DNA of 64,000 nucleotides, from NCBI GenBank assembly GCA_019058365.1, contig JAHPZE010000015.1, forward strand, positions 33,873 through 97,872. Direction: 5' to 3'. The position numbers and the translations under genes are program-made. Shown here one piece after another: positions 9,754-20,550 of this stretch. The DNA comes from Promethearchaeota archaeon. Its GTDB lineage: Archaea; Asgardarchaeota; Lokiarchaeia; Sigyniarchaeales; SOKP01. Below the pieces are notes generated by a model, which saw nothing but the letters and a program-made list of their open reading frames with translations, was not told the origin of the DNA and ran no database searches. The stretch's first letter is position 1; each line of letters begins with the position of its first letter.

Positions 9754-11301
9754 ATGTTAACATGTACTTTAGAGCAAGATGGAAAAAAGCGAATAGAGCA
9801 TTTACTTGTAATTGATGCACATTCTCATCTAGGGCAAGATGTTGATGGAGCTACAATGATGAATCCTTTAGCTCCAGGAGCAGGGACTTTCGATTTTTGG
9901 GGTAATGTCCAAGGCAGAATTAAGGCAGATTGGGAGAAGACAGGGGAACAATCATTTACAACTACAATGGATGGGAAATTTACAAAAATCTCATGGTCAT
10001 TCACTCCCTTTCCTTTTACAGATAGACTTTATACTGAACTTGAAAAGCTCGGAAAGAGTCATTCTGCTTTAAAAGCAAAATCTAAGTTTTACTCGTTCAT
10101 AGATCAAGGTGTATGCTTTCCATTTCAAGACGTGTTTAGAGATAAACATCCCGAAGCGCTATATAGAGCAAGCAATATAAATATTTCACGTTTTACTACA
10201 AGATTCCCTTTTTCTATGAAATTAATTGGATATGGTCGCTGTGATCCAATGGAGGGACAAAAAGCTGTAAACGAAGTAAAGTATATAAGAGAAATATTAG
10301 GACTTCGAGGTTTAAAATTACATCCTCGATCAGAAGGATATATAGATAAAATAACTTCTGTAAAAGTAGTTAATGTGCTTGTAGAAGCAGCCAGTTATTC
10401 TTTACCAGTTATTTTTGATACAAGAGGTCGGGGATCGATCTTAGAAATTGGTAAATTAATAAGATCTGCTAGAAATATAATTCAGTCCAAATATCCTGAT
10501 TTATTACCTCATTTAAAAATTATTATAGCTCATTTTGCTCAAGGAAATATTGATGATTATGAAGTGTATAATACTATTGTTCAACCAAATACATACGGAG
10601 ATCTTTCAATGTTGCATGGAGCAGGTGCAGGAAATTTCTTTGAAAGTTTTCGAAGATGGTTTCAATCCAATAACAAAAAAAGTGTAGATAATCGAGATTG
10701 GTCGGAATATATCTTGTTTGCTTCAGATTTTCCCTACTTTGGAGATGCACATGCACAGAAACTAATGAAATATATTATTAATAAACAGTTCTTTGATACA
10801 GGGGGAACAATCGCGGATGTTAGAAATATCGTTGGGTTAAATCAATTGAAAGTTTTACCAGAGTACAATCTTCCTCAAATTAAGAAAGAACAAAAAGTTA
10901 CCCCTAGTTTAATCCTTTCTAACCCATTATTTAATGAAAATAAGATGAGTACTTATGATATGTCCATAGTGGTTTTAGCAAAGTTAATTGTTGAGAATAA
11001 ATTAGATATTAAAAAATTCTGTATTCAATTCAAAGATTCTTGGGATTCTTTTAGCGAAGATATTTTATTAAGCATCATATCTAATAAGAATAAAAAAGAA
11101 ATAAACTTATTATTGATGAATTTAGTGAAAGATCAGATTTCTCTTTTTGCACCATTGCAAGGCAATATTGAATGGAAAAAATTTGGATATAAATATTTTA
11201 ATCCAGAAGACCGTGCTTTCTTTGCGTCAGTATTTAAACAAAATTATTTAGCTACAGATGTTCTAAAAACAGTAGAGACTTTTTCACATATATATACTTA
11301 G
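9754..11301 (+). CDS. amidohydrolase-2 family metallohydrolase with C-terminal extension
   Basis: IDAHSH, GLRGLKLHP, IIAHF and ILFASDFPY. Confidence 0.85.
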   Translation: MLTCTLEQDGKKRIEHLLVIDAHSHLGQDVDGATMMNPLAPGAGTFDFWGNVQGRIKADWEKTGEQSFTTTMDGKFTKISWSFTPFPFTDRLYTELEKLGKSHSALKAKSKFYSFIDQGVCFPFQDVFRDKHPEALYRASNINISRFTTRFPFSMKLIGYGRCDPMEGQKAVNEVKYIREILGLRGLKLHPRSEGYIDKITSVKVVNVLVEAASYSLPVIFDTRGRGSILEIGKLIRSARNIIQSKYPDLLPHLKIIIAHFAQGNIDDYEVYNTIVQPNTYGDLSMLHGAGAGNFFESFRRWFQSNNKKSVDNRDWSEYILFASDFPYFGDAHAQKLMKYIINKQFFDTGGTIADVRNIVGLNQLKVLPEYNLPQIKKEQKVTPSLILSNPLFNENKMSTYDMSIVVLAKLIVENKLDIKKFCIQFKDSWDSFSEDILLSIISNKNKKEINLLLMNLVKDQISLFAPLQGNIEWKKFGYKYFNPEDRAFFASVFKQNYLATDVLKTVETFSHIYT

Positions 11302-11463
11302 AATATTGAAATTCACTCTCAAAAAATTTTATTCTATTGCACAATAAATTATACTTAAAAAGAATATTAATGTCTTATTCAAAGAGATCTTATTTAATTT
11401 TCGTGTGATAGAAAGATATTATTTATTAATTTTAGACATCATTTTTTAAAATTACTTAAGTTT

Positions 11464-12498
11464 TTAAGAAAATTGTTTTAATTTCTCTGATTTCTCATAG
11501 AACTCTCTCCCAAGTCGATCATCTCCAATTTCAATGCATTTTTCAGCTAATTTTTCGAAAAGTAAAGCAGCATTAGAAAAATTTCCATTTTCTAACGCTG
11601 TTTCAACACTATTTACCAGATTTTCTCGTTCAAAAAGGGGTTTTAATAAGGGAGAGTCTTCAACACTCATTTCAAGAATATCTGCGATAATTCGAATCAT
11701 TCTATCACGATTATTAGGATTGACAGCAATCATAGAATACGCTTTAACACCAGTCATTCTTTCAATATCTTCAACTTTCACGGCTTCAGTTAAATCTTGC
11801 TTATTAGCTATTATTGCTGCATGAGCATAAGGAGCCTCTTCAGTAATTAACTCCAAAAAAGATCTACTTCTTTCAATATTATTAAGTGTTGAATCAGTAA
11901 TTAATAAGACAGCATCACTGCCTTTAATAAATTTGTTCCAAAGAATGCTAAATTGTTCTTGACCAGCGAAGTCCCATAAATAAAACACTAAATTTCCAAT
12001 TTTGATTGTTGCTATCTCACCATTAATAGTAGGAATATGCTGTAGTGGAATTTCTTTTGCTTTAATCAATTGAGTAATTGTGGTTTTACCTACACCAGAG
12101 TATCCAACAAGAGAAATTTTTGGTTTGAGATTTCTATGAAATCCATCAATGATAGAATCTAAAACATTAAAAATAGCATTATCTTTAATCGTATGAATTG
12201 TATCTCCAAATAAACTTAAAAATTCCATTTTTAATCTATATAATTCTGATTGAACTCTATTATAATCGTCGCTTAATGCAGATATAAAAACAAAAATTAA
12301 ATTTAGCTCTTTTTCAGTAATGTAAGATATTTTATATTTAAAATAATCATAAGTTCCAAACTCTTTACCTATTCTTGAAAAAGAAGCATTACTAATATCT
12401 GAAACAACATTTTTAAATTCCACATCTCTTAATGCTTTTGCGTAATCTCTCCTATATAATACGGTTCCATTCTTGATTACAAAAACTTGTCTAAGCAT
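11464..12498 (-). CDS. small GTPase (Arf/Gtr-like) with N-terminal longin-like domain and C-terminal helical hairpin
   Basis: G1 GYSGVGKTT, G2 PT, G3 WDFAGQE, G4 NKQD; N-terminus MLRQVFVIKNGTVLYRR...LNLIFVFIS has a longin-like pattern. Confidence 0.88.
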   Translation of the reverse strand: MLRQVFVIKNGTVLYRRDYAKALRDVEFKNVVSDISNASFSRIGKEFGTYDYFKYKISYITEKELNLIFVFISALSDDYNRVQSELYRLKMEFLSLFGDTIHTIKDNAIFNVLDSIIDGFHRNLKPKISLVGYSGVGKTTITQLIKAKEIPLQHIPTINGEIATIKIGNLVFYLWDFAGQEQFSILWNKFIKGSDAVLLITDSTLNNIERSRSFLELITEEAPYAHAAIIANKQDLTEAVKVEDIERMTGVKAYSMIAVNPNNRDRMIRIIADILEMSVEDSPLLKPLFERENLVNSVETALENGNFSNAALLFEKLAEKCIEIGDDRLGREFYEKSEKLKQFS

Positions 12499-12540
12499 AG
12501 TTTTATCTCAATATTTCAAACCGAAATTATCAAATATTTT

Positions 12541-13473
12541 TTACGTTCTCCGGATTTTATAATAATTTTCAATTTTCAACTTTATTTTTTCTTTTAAATT
12601 AGATATTTCATCAGTTTTATTATTTTCTGAAAAAATAATCAATTTTTTAAGTTCGGGATTTATAATTTCAAGATCACCAACAATTAATTTTAGAATTTCA
12701 ACTCCAGAACTAATAGATTGAATATTTCTCTTAATATCATAATTACCGTCAATGGTTCTTATATAATAGGAAATTACAAAATAAATTTTATAAATTAGTT
12801 CTGTGTTAAAATCATTAGTCATCGATTGTACAATAATATAATTTTTGCTGTTAGTAATAAAACAAATCAAATTGGTAAAATTTTTGATATTTTCATCAAT
12901 AATTATCTTTAAATTCTTAGAATCCTGTGATAGATTACTCAATATCTCCGAAAAAGCATTAAATATAGTGTAATCTATTTCTGGATAGATACTTGTAAAA
13001 TAGAAAGGTATTTCTATTGGTAGAGTAAATCGACTTTTTATACCTCTCTTCATTAAATGGAAATTATCACTAACTTTTTGGTTAATTAAATCAATCTTAT
13101 GAAAAAGAATTACCAGATTATTTTCATTGTTCCTAACTTTCAAAATTTCGAAGATAAGCTTTACTTCTTTAATAATTTCTTGGGAATTTTGTATCCATAT
13201 TGGATAATCTAAGATATAAATAACAACGCCAGCATTTTGAAAAGCTTTTATCTGATCATTTTCGTCTAATAATAAAAAAGGTAACTCTTGCCCAGAAGTG
13301 TCAAATATACTTAATTCTATATCCATCCATGAATATGACCTTTGAATTATTCCGCGTGTAGGTTCGAGAGGATTTAGCATAAGATCAGCGGGATTTCCTC
13401 CTTCAAATAAAAGATTAAGAATACTTGTTTTACCTACTCCAGCTCTTCCTATTAAAGTTATTTTTTCAGGCAT
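12541..13473 (-). CDS. Rag/Gtr1-like small GTPase with C-terminal roadblock-like domain
   Basis: GRAGVGKTS, LEPTRG, FDTSGQE, Rag-type G4 HKID and TSI; paralogous to the GTPase/C-terminal part of 46973-48286. Confidence 0.85.
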   Translation of the reverse strand: MPEKITLIGRAGVGKTSILNLLFEGGNPADLMLNPLEPTRGIIQRSYSWMDIELSIFDTSGQELPFLLLDENDQIKAFQNAGVVIYILDYPIWIQNSQEIIKEVKLIFEILKVRNNENNLVILFHKIDLINQKVSDNFHLMKRGIKSRFTLPIEIPFYFTSIYPEIDYTIFNAFSEILSNLSQDSKNLKIIIDENIKNFTNLICFITNSKNYIIVQSMTNDFNTELIYKIYFVISYYIRTIDGNYDIKRNIQSISSGVEILKLIVGDLEIINPELKKLIIFSENNKTDEISNLKEKIKLKIENYYKIRRT

Positions 13474-13514
13474 TTTGTTATAAATAAGTTTTTTTTCAAT
13501 AAGTACACAAAATT

Positions 13515-14324
13515 TTAAATTATAAAGTATTGATCAATTACTTCTTCAAATTCGAAAAATTGGGTTAATTCGCCATTGAAATTTTTAAGCTCAATTCTAG
13601 TATCAAATTTTTCTATAAATTCGTCGGATATTATTTGCATATATCTTTTGAATGTTTTTGGTATTTCTCCTCTTTCAATTAAGTAGGCAAATATAGCGTT
13701 TTTTTTTATATTCAAATAAAAATTTTGATTTCCAAAATTTATTTGTCTAAGAGTTATACCTGGTTCTTTACGCATCATTTCTCTTGAAAAGGTTAAAATA
13801 GCTGAAATAAAACCACTTATAGGTAACTCACATTCAATAAGCTTTTTTTCTTCTTTATTTATCTTCGAGAGTAATAAATGCCCTGCTATTCCAATAATGA
13901 ATAATGCTAATACTCCTTTGAATTTTGGGATATTAATCTTGTTATAACAAATATCTTTTATAGTTGAGATGGCCTCATGTTGACATAAACTATCATATAA
14001 TTGCCGAGAAAGATTATATAATTCTGAAAAATTCAATATTTTCTCTTTTTTATCTAAATATATGACACATATAATTTCATCTTGTTCATTATAAAAGTAA
14101 TGAATGTATAAAGTAAAATTTGAGATTATATCAATTAAAATACCTTCTTTTTTTGTTAAAATTTTTTCTATATTTTTATTAATTATATTTCTAATTAGTT
14201 GGATACCTATTCCCTTTTGAAAAATAATTTCTATTTCTCTTTTTGAACTAATACCTAGGATTTTTACTAATCCAATTCCTAAGAGTTCTATTGAATTCGT
14301 ATTATATTTTACTGCTGAAATCAT
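13515..14324 (-). CDS. hypothetical protein with longin-like domain(s)
   Basis: C-terminal GVLALFII..AGHLL...ISGFISAILTFSREM...LRQINFGNQNF...IFAYLI...ISDEFIEKF matches the Asgard longin pattern. Confidence 0.65.
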   Translation of the reverse strand: MISAVKYNTNSIELLGIGLVKILGISSKREIEIIFQKGIGIQLIRNIINKNIEKILTKKEGILIDIISNFTLYIHYFYNEQDEIICVIYLDKKEKILNFSELYNLSRQLYDSLCQHEAISTIKDICYNKINIPKFKGVLALFIIGIAGHLLLSKINKEEKKLIECELPISGFISAILTFSREMMRKEPGITLRQINFGNQNFYLNIKKNAIFAYLIERGEIPKTFKRYMQIISDEFIEKFDTRIELKNFNGELTQFFEFEEVIDQYFII

Positions 14325-14764
14325 TTAAGTTCTCTGGATATAATTTTGGTAATTTTACACTTTCTTGCTAAATTTACTATTGATTTTTCTTCCAAAAAAC
14401 GCTTTTTTTAATATATTTTTTAATGTAATTAGGATCTAATTCTTATAAACATAATATAAAAAAGGTTCTTTTTTAATCTTTGCTTCCCATAAAAAATTAT
14501 TTATTGCCTAATATTTTATAACTTAGAACTTATTAGATTTAAATTCATTTTTTTTGTACCCTTTATTCAATTTAAGGTTAAAATATTTATATGAATTCTA
14601 TTATTTTATGTTTATATTTAAGTTATAATTTTGATTTTAAAAATTCTGATTTAGAAAAGGACATTAAAAATAAATTTAAGATTGAATCTATTCATAATGA
14701 TATTTACCTAGATTTGAAATTCTCAATTGTTAATTACATATTATAATTTATATGGTTAAATATA

Positions 14765-15898
14765 ATGAATAAAGAAGTAATTCAAATCCTGCTAATCGAA
14801 GATAATCCTGGAGATGCTCGGCTTATCCAAGAATTTCTTAAGGATTCCAAAAAAGTTGATTTTATAATAAAAAATCATGAAACTCTTAGTGAAGGATTAG
14901 AAGAGTTATTAAATAATAAATTTGACATTATTTTATTAGACCTTAATCTCCCTGACAGTTCTGGGTATGATACTGTGAAAATTATATATGAAAAAATAAA
15001 GTTTATTCCTATTATTATACTTACTGGAAGAGATGATGAAGAATTAGCATTGAATTCTTTAAAATTCGGAATACAGGATTATTTAATTAAAGGAAAAATA
15101 GATCCAATTCTATTAGAACGATCTATTCTCTATACAATTGAGAGATATCATTATATTGAAGCATTCAAACTATCAGAAGAAAAAATTCGTGGAGAATTAA
15201 ATCGTACAAATTTTTATAAAGATTTGTTTATCCATGATATAAATGATATCTTTCAAGGGATAATGTCGGCAACCCAGATTTATAATATGCAACTTAAAAA
15301 TCCTGAAACTAGTAATTATATTATTGATATTAACGAGATCATTGAAAATCAAATTAAAAGAGGAGCAAAATTAATTTCAAATGTAAGAAAACTCTCTCAA
15401 CTTGAAGAAACTGAAATAGTTCTTAAACCCGTTTTAGTATATAATTTTGTATTAAGATCAATTAAAACATTATTAGATACACACAAAAATCAAATAATTA
15501 ATTCCCAAGTAATTTCACCCCATAATAACCTAAGTGTACTTGCTAATGATGATTTAGAAGAAGTATTTGATAATATTTTAATAAATGCTGTAAGACATAA
15601 TGAGAATCCAATAATAGAGATCATAATCAAAATTTCTAGATCAACATTAGATAAGATAAATTATATTAAAATTGAATTTATAGATAATGGAATAGGTATC
15701 GAAGATTCAAGAAAAGAATCAATTTTTTTAAGGGGGACTACGAAAGATACTTATAAAGGTGGTCTAGGTTTGGGATTATCTCTTGTTAGTAAAATTATTG
15801 AGAGTTATAAAGGTAGAATTTGGGTGGAAGATCGAATTGAGGGAGATTATTCTCAGGGAAGTAATTTTGTTATGTTAATTCCTGCTTCTGGAGAATAA
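14765..15898 (+). CDS. hybrid receiver-histidine kinase (REC-HisKA-HATPase)
   Basis: REC LLIEDN..LLDLNLPD; H-box FIHDIND; N-box NILINAVRH; DNGIG and GLGLGL. Confidence 0.93.
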   Translation: MNKEVIQILLIEDNPGDARLIQEFLKDSKKVDFIIKNHETLSEGLEELLNNKFDIILLDLNLPDSSGYDTVKIIYEKIKFIPIIILTGRDDEELALNSLKFGIQDYLIKGKIDPILLERSILYTIERYHYIEAFKLSEEKIRGELNRTNFYKDLFIHDINDIFQGIMSATQIYNMQLKNPETSNYIIDINEIIENQIKRGAKLISNVRKLSQLEETEIVLKPVLVYNFVLRSIKTLLDTHKNQIINSQVISPHNNLSVLANDDLEEVFDNILINAVRHNENPIIEIIIKISRSTLDKINYIKIEFIDNGIGIEDSRKESIFLRGTTKDTYKGGLGLGLSLVSKIIESYKGRIWVEDRIEGDYSQGSNFVMLIPASGE

Positions 15899-16040
15899 TG
15901 ATATTTAGTAGTGTACCTTTTTTTGTGTCTATGTCTATAATAATTATTAAAAATAAAAAACATATATACAGTTTTATAGAATCAATTTCTCTTTTTAAAA
16001 ATAATATATTTTCAAATTAAGATAAGAACAACATTTTTTG

Positions 16041-18269
16041 TTAATTAGTTTCAGAATTTTTAGGAATAGTAAAAAAAAAAGTAGAACCCTTATTTACTTG
16101 GCTGGTAAACCAGATTTCTCCTCCATGAAGTTGTACTAATCGTTTTGTAAGTGCTAAACCTAATCCCGTCCCAGGAATTTTTTTTTTCATTTTATGTTCT
16201 ATCCTTCCAAATTCCTTGAAGATAACATGATAATCTTCTTGAGCAATCCCAACTCCTGTATCTTCAATTTGAAACTCCCAATGATTATTTTTATCAATGC
16301 ATCTAAAAATTATTTTTCCTTTTTCTGTGAATTTTATTGCATTATTAAGAAGATTAAATAAAATTTGTTTGAACCTTAATGGATCCGCTCTTATATATAT
16401 ATCATCACTAATACCTTCTGAATGATAGCTTACTCCTTTCTCAATAAATAAATAGTTTACAATAGAAATCAATTCTTTCATCATTGAAATTAATTGAAAA
16501 GTTTCAAAATTCAATTCAAATTTACCGACTTCAATTAAGGATAAATCTAAAGTTGATTCAGTTAGTTTTTTCAAATGATTAGCTTCTGAGTTAATATCCT
16601 TTAAAGTCTCTAATTGTTCCTTATTTAATTCTCCATAAGCTCCTTCTAATAATAAATCTGTAAATCCTGAAATCACATTTAAGGGTGTTCTTAATTCATG
16701 AGACATTGTTGCCATAAATTTCACCTTAAATTCCAGTGAGTTAATTAATTGGTCTAATAATTTTTCGCGATTCCTCTCATAATTCTTTCTTTCTGTGATA
16801 TCAGAAAAAAAAGATTGAATAATCATATTATCAGCGATTTTTATAATAGTTGATGTTACTTCTACATCAATTAATTTTCCATCCTTTCTTTGAATTGATA
16901 TTTCTAAATTATTGAGTTCTGATGAATTATATAAATCTTCATTATAATGCTTATCAATAATTTCTGTATATTCCGAGTCAAATATGTCATGAATCTTAAA
17001 ATTCAATAGCTCATCTTCACGATATTTAAATAAATTTATAGATTCTTGGTTAACCCGTAAAATTTTCCCACTTATATCGATTAAAAGTATTGCTAAGGGC
17101 GCATCTTCTATTAATGCATTCATTTCATGGAGAGTCTGTTCCAATCTTCTTACTTCTTGCTCTGATTGTTTAATTTCAGTTATATCTTGAATTAATATAT
17201 AAATCAGCTTTTTATTGTCAAAATCCATCAAGGAAAATCTAAGTATACTCCAAATTGAATTTTTATTTTTCTTTTTAATTTTTAATTGTACTGGTTCTGG
17301 TATTTCTCCTTCTTGTAAAATCTTAAATGCGTTTTTAAATAGAGCAATGTTTTTTTTTGAAATTAATGGAGTATTTGTATAACACTTGTATAAAATTTCA
17401 TCTTTGCCATATCCTATTAATTTCTCTAACATTGAATTACAGTCTAGGAAGATTCCATCCATATTCACAATAAGAATAGGATATGGCGAATTTTCAAACA
17501 AATCTCTGTATTTCTTTTCACTTTCTTTTAACTTTTCCTCAAATTTTTTTCGTTCAGATATATCTCGAAGCGTTAAAAGATAAGCAGGTTCATTGTCCCA
17601 TTCAATTTTTACTGCTTGAATCTCTCCAGTTAAAATTACTCCGTCTTTTTGTGCTATTGAAATTTCATTTTTTTCTCCATCTCTTTTTGGTAAATAAAAA
17701 AATAATCCAATAATTTCATTAATTTTTTTATTAAGATATCTTTCAGCAGCAGGATTTAAGAACTTTACTTTACCAGATTTATCAATGATAATAATACTAT
17801 CAGCATTCTCTTCAATTATCTTTCGAAAACGAGCTTCAGTTTCTTGTAATGATTTTGTCAATGAATCCATCGCCAAAATTATCTTATACCTATCTATAGA
17901 GTGCAATATCGCCCGGATAAGAGGATTACCTTCTATTTCCCCTTTAATTAAATAATCTTGAGCGCCTGTTTGAACTGCTTTCCGCGCTAAAATTTCATCG
18001 TTAAGCCCTGTTATAACAATTATTGGTATTTTCTTTACTTTTTCCCTTGTCCGTAGAACTGTTTCAAATCCATCACTATCTGGAAGCTTTAAATCTAACA
18101 AAATAACATCGAACTCTCTTTCTTCAATAAATTTTAATCCATCTGAAAGCGTTTCAGCATTCCATAAATCAAAATTAAAACTTGTTACTTGGTTAAGTAA
18201 TTCTTTTATTAATCGAGCATCACCAGGATTATCTTCGATTAATAATATTTTTAAATTATTATTCACCAT
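16041..18269 (-). CDS. hybrid histidine kinase REC-PAS-PAS-PAS-HisKA-HATPase
   Basis: N-terminal REC; PAS domains ending DISER/DITE; SHELRTPL, NLLNNAIKF, DTGVG and GTGLGL. Confidence 0.95.
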   Translation of the reverse strand: MVNNNLKILLIEDNPGDARLIKELLNQVTSFNFDLWNAETLSDGLKFIEEREFDVILLDLKLPDSDGFETVLRTREKVKKIPIIVITGLNDEILARKAVQTGAQDYLIKGEIEGNPLIRAILHSIDRYKIILAMDSLTKSLQETEARFRKIIEENADSIIIIDKSGKVKFLNPAAERYLNKKINEIIGLFFYLPKRDGEKNEISIAQKDGVILTGEIQAVKIEWDNEPAYLLTLRDISERKKFEEKLKESEKKYRDLFENSPYPILIVNMDGIFLDCNSMLEKLIGYGKDEILYKCYTNTPLISKKNIALFKNAFKILQEGEIPEPVQLKIKKKNKNSIWSILRFSLMDFDNKKLIYILIQDITEIKQSEQEVRRLEQTLHEMNALIEDAPLAILLIDISGKILRVNQESINLFKYREDELLNFKIHDIFDSEYTEIIDKHYNEDLYNSSELNNLEISIQRKDGKLIDVEVTSTIIKIADNMIIQSFFSDITERKNYERNREKLLDQLINSLEFKVKFMATMSHELRTPLNVISGFTDLLLEGAYGELNKEQLETLKDINSEANHLKKLTESTLDLSLIEVGKFELNFETFQLISMMKELISIVNYLFIEKGVSYHSEGISDDIYIRADPLRFKQILFNLLNNAIKFTEKGKIIFRCIDKNNHWEFQIEDTGVGIAQEDYHVIFKEFGRIEHKMKKKIPGTGLGLALTKRLVQLHGGEIWFTSQVNKGSTFFFTIPKNSETN

Positions 18270-18287
18270 TTAATCACCAATTTATTA

Positions 18288-18683
18288 TCAAGTGGAATTA
18301 GCTTCACTATTGACTCTATTCGGTGAATTTAACGCTTTATTAACACTCGTAATTAATTCTTCATGAGTAAAAGGTTTCTTTAAAAAGATAGAAGCTCCAA
18401 TAGAAATCGCTTCATTTTTAATGCTATTATCAGCACTTGCAAAAATAATTTTTGATTTTTTTTTTAAGCTTAGAATTTCCTTTGCTGCTTCTAATCCATT
18501 TTTAACCGGCATTCGATAATCTAATAAAATGATATCTGGTTTTTCTGATAAAGATTTGAAAATACTAATTGCTATTTCTCCATTATTCGCTTTTTCAATA
18601 ATATCAAAACCTTTTGATTTTAACATCAACTCATACATTCTTTGTAAATCTAAATCATCCTCAACAATAAAGATACTTGTTAT
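18288..18683 (-). CDS. stand-alone response regulator (REC); start extended from the track's 18638 to an ATA at 18683
   Basis: The in-frame upstream codons ITSIFIVEDDLDLQR supply REC beta1 and the acidic pocket; LLDYRMP, FASA and KKPF; GAGGTG SD at 18696-18691. Confidence 0.85.
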   Translation of the reverse strand: MTSIFIVEDDLDLQRMYELMLKSKGFDIIEKANNGEIAISIFKSLSEKPDIILLDYRMPVKNGLEAAKEILSLKKKSKIIFASADNSIKNEAISIGASIFLKKPFTHEELITSVNKALNSPNRVNSEANST

Positions 18684-18684
18684 T

Positions 18685-20550
18685 TTATATCACCTCAGGG
18701 ATCAAGAAAATAACATTACTTCCTCTCGAATAATCACCTTTAACTCTATCTTCCACCCAAATTCTACCATCATAACTCTCAATTATTGTTTTGACTAAAA
18801 ACAACCCTAATCCTATTCTGCATAAAGCGTTTGCTTCATTATATCCTAAAAATATTGTCTTCTTCCATTCATCAGGAATTCCTACACCATTATCCATAAA
18901 TTTAAATTTTAAATATTTTTTTCGATTTACTATTTCACTAGTAATTTTAATAGAAATTTCTACCTTTTTGTTTTGATTATGTATTACTGCGTTAGTCAAA
19001 ATATTGTTAAAAGCATCTTCTATTAACTCATTTGCTTGAATTTTTGTTTTTTCATTAAAAATATCTAGATCTACATTTATTTCTCGATTTAAAAAGGAAG
19101 TTTTCAAATGTTCTATTGACTTTTTCAATGTATTTTGGACTTCGATTGGACAATTTAGCATTTTAATTCCTTCCAGCTGTGAAAGTCTTTGGACATTTAA
19201 AATCAATCTTGCTCCTCTTTCAATCTGATTTTTAGAATGTTTCATTATTTCTTTGGATAATTCTCTATTATTAGATGTCCTAAGATCTTCTAAACATAAT
19301 TCAGTAGCAGATAATAAATTCTGAAGTATATTATTCATATCGTGCGTGAAAAGATCTTTATAAAAAATCGCTTGATTATATGCTTCACGGAATTTTTTTT
19401 CACTTTCTTTTAATTTTTGTTCGGCTTTCTTACGTTCTGTAATGTTGTGATTAATAGCCACAACACCAATAGGCTTTCCTTCGTCATCTTTAATAAGTGA
19501 GACTGATGATAATAGATTAAGCCACTTACCATCTTTTCGTGGTTGAGTAACTTCACCTTCCCAATAACCATTTTTAAAAAATTGTTTCAGAACATCTTCT
19601 TGAGTATTATTAGGATATTTTACTGTAATTGTATCCATTACATTTTTCCCTATGATTTCCTCAGCCTTCCAGCTATATATCCTTTCTGCTGCATTATTCC
19701 AGCTAATAATATTGAAATCTAAATCAGTTGAGATAATCGCGTCAGACACGTTATCAACTAACATAGCTTGATATTTAATTTTTTCTTCTGCTTTCTTACC
19801 TTCTGTTATATCACTAATTGTCGCAATCATTTTTGGTGTTCCATCGATATTTATAATACAACCCCTTACCATACAAAAAACATAATGACCATCTTTATGT
19901 TTTGTTCTAAATTCCATTGAAACAATATTTCTGGTTACTTTTGCCTCTTCAAATACTTTTTTAACAGTTGTTATATCATCAGGGTGTATAAATTGAAATC
20001 CATCTACTCCAGTAGATTCTTCAGCCGTAAATCCTGTAATATTAAATATTTGTGGACTTACATATGTTCGTGTCCCATCAAGATTGCTTTCTATGATTGC
20101 TTCAGTGATATTATTAACTAGATTTCTATATTTTGCTTCAGATTTTTTTAATTTTTTCTTTATATTATATCTCTCGATTGCATAATTTATAGAACGTTTA
20201 AGTAATATAGAATTAACTTGTCCTTTAACTAAATAATCTTCTGCTCCAATTTTTACTGCGTCAATAGCTAATTCTAAATCATCTGTACCTGTCAAGACAA
20301 TTATTGGAATATTTTGAGCTTTTTCAAGCATCATTTTTAATGTATCAAAACCACTACTGTCAGGTAACCTCAAATCTAATAAGATTAGATTAAAATCAAC
20401 TTGAGAGAGCTGTTCTATACCTTGGGTTAAATTATCAATATGGGCTATTTCAAATTTGTCCAAACCTAATTCTTTATTCATTTCCAATATTATTCTAACG
20501 TCTCCAAGATTATCTTCAATCAGTAATATATTAATAGATTTAAATTTCAT
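18685..20550 (-). CDS. hybrid histidine kinase REC-PAS-PAS-HisKA-HATPase
   Basis: REC, two PAS domains, FTHDMNN, NILTNAVIH and DNGVG; kinase core is paralogous to 14765-15898 (GRIWVEDR..GDYS.GSN). Confidence 0.94.
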   Translation of the reverse strand: MKFKSINILLIEDNLGDVRIILEMNKELGLDKFEIAHIDNLTQGIEQLSQVDFNLILLDLRLPDSSGFDTLKMMLEKAQNIPIIVLTGTDDLELAIDAVKIGAEDYLVKGQVNSILLKRSINYAIERYNIKKKLKKSEAKYRNLVNNITEAIIESNLDGTRTYVSPQIFNITGFTAEESTGVDGFQFIHPDDITTVKKVFEEAKVTRNIVSMEFRTKHKDGHYVFCMVRGCIINIDGTPKMIATISDITEGKKAEEKIKYQAMLVDNVSDAIISTDLDFNIISWNNAAERIYSWKAEEIIGKNVMDTITVKYPNNTQEDVLKQFFKNGYWEGEVTQPRKDGKWLNLLSSVSLIKDDEGKPIGVVAINHNITERKKAEQKLKESEKKFREAYNQAIFYKDLFTHDMNNILQNLLSATELCLEDLRTSNNRELSKEIMKHSKNQIERGARLILNVQRLSQLEGIKMLNCPIEVQNTLKKSIEHLKTSFLNREINVDLDIFNEKTKIQANELIEDAFNNILTNAVIHNQNKKVEISIKITSEIVNRKKYLKFKFMDNGVGIPDEWKKTIFLGYNEANALCRIGLGLFLVKTIIESYDGRIWVEDRVKGDYSRGSNVIFLIPEVI

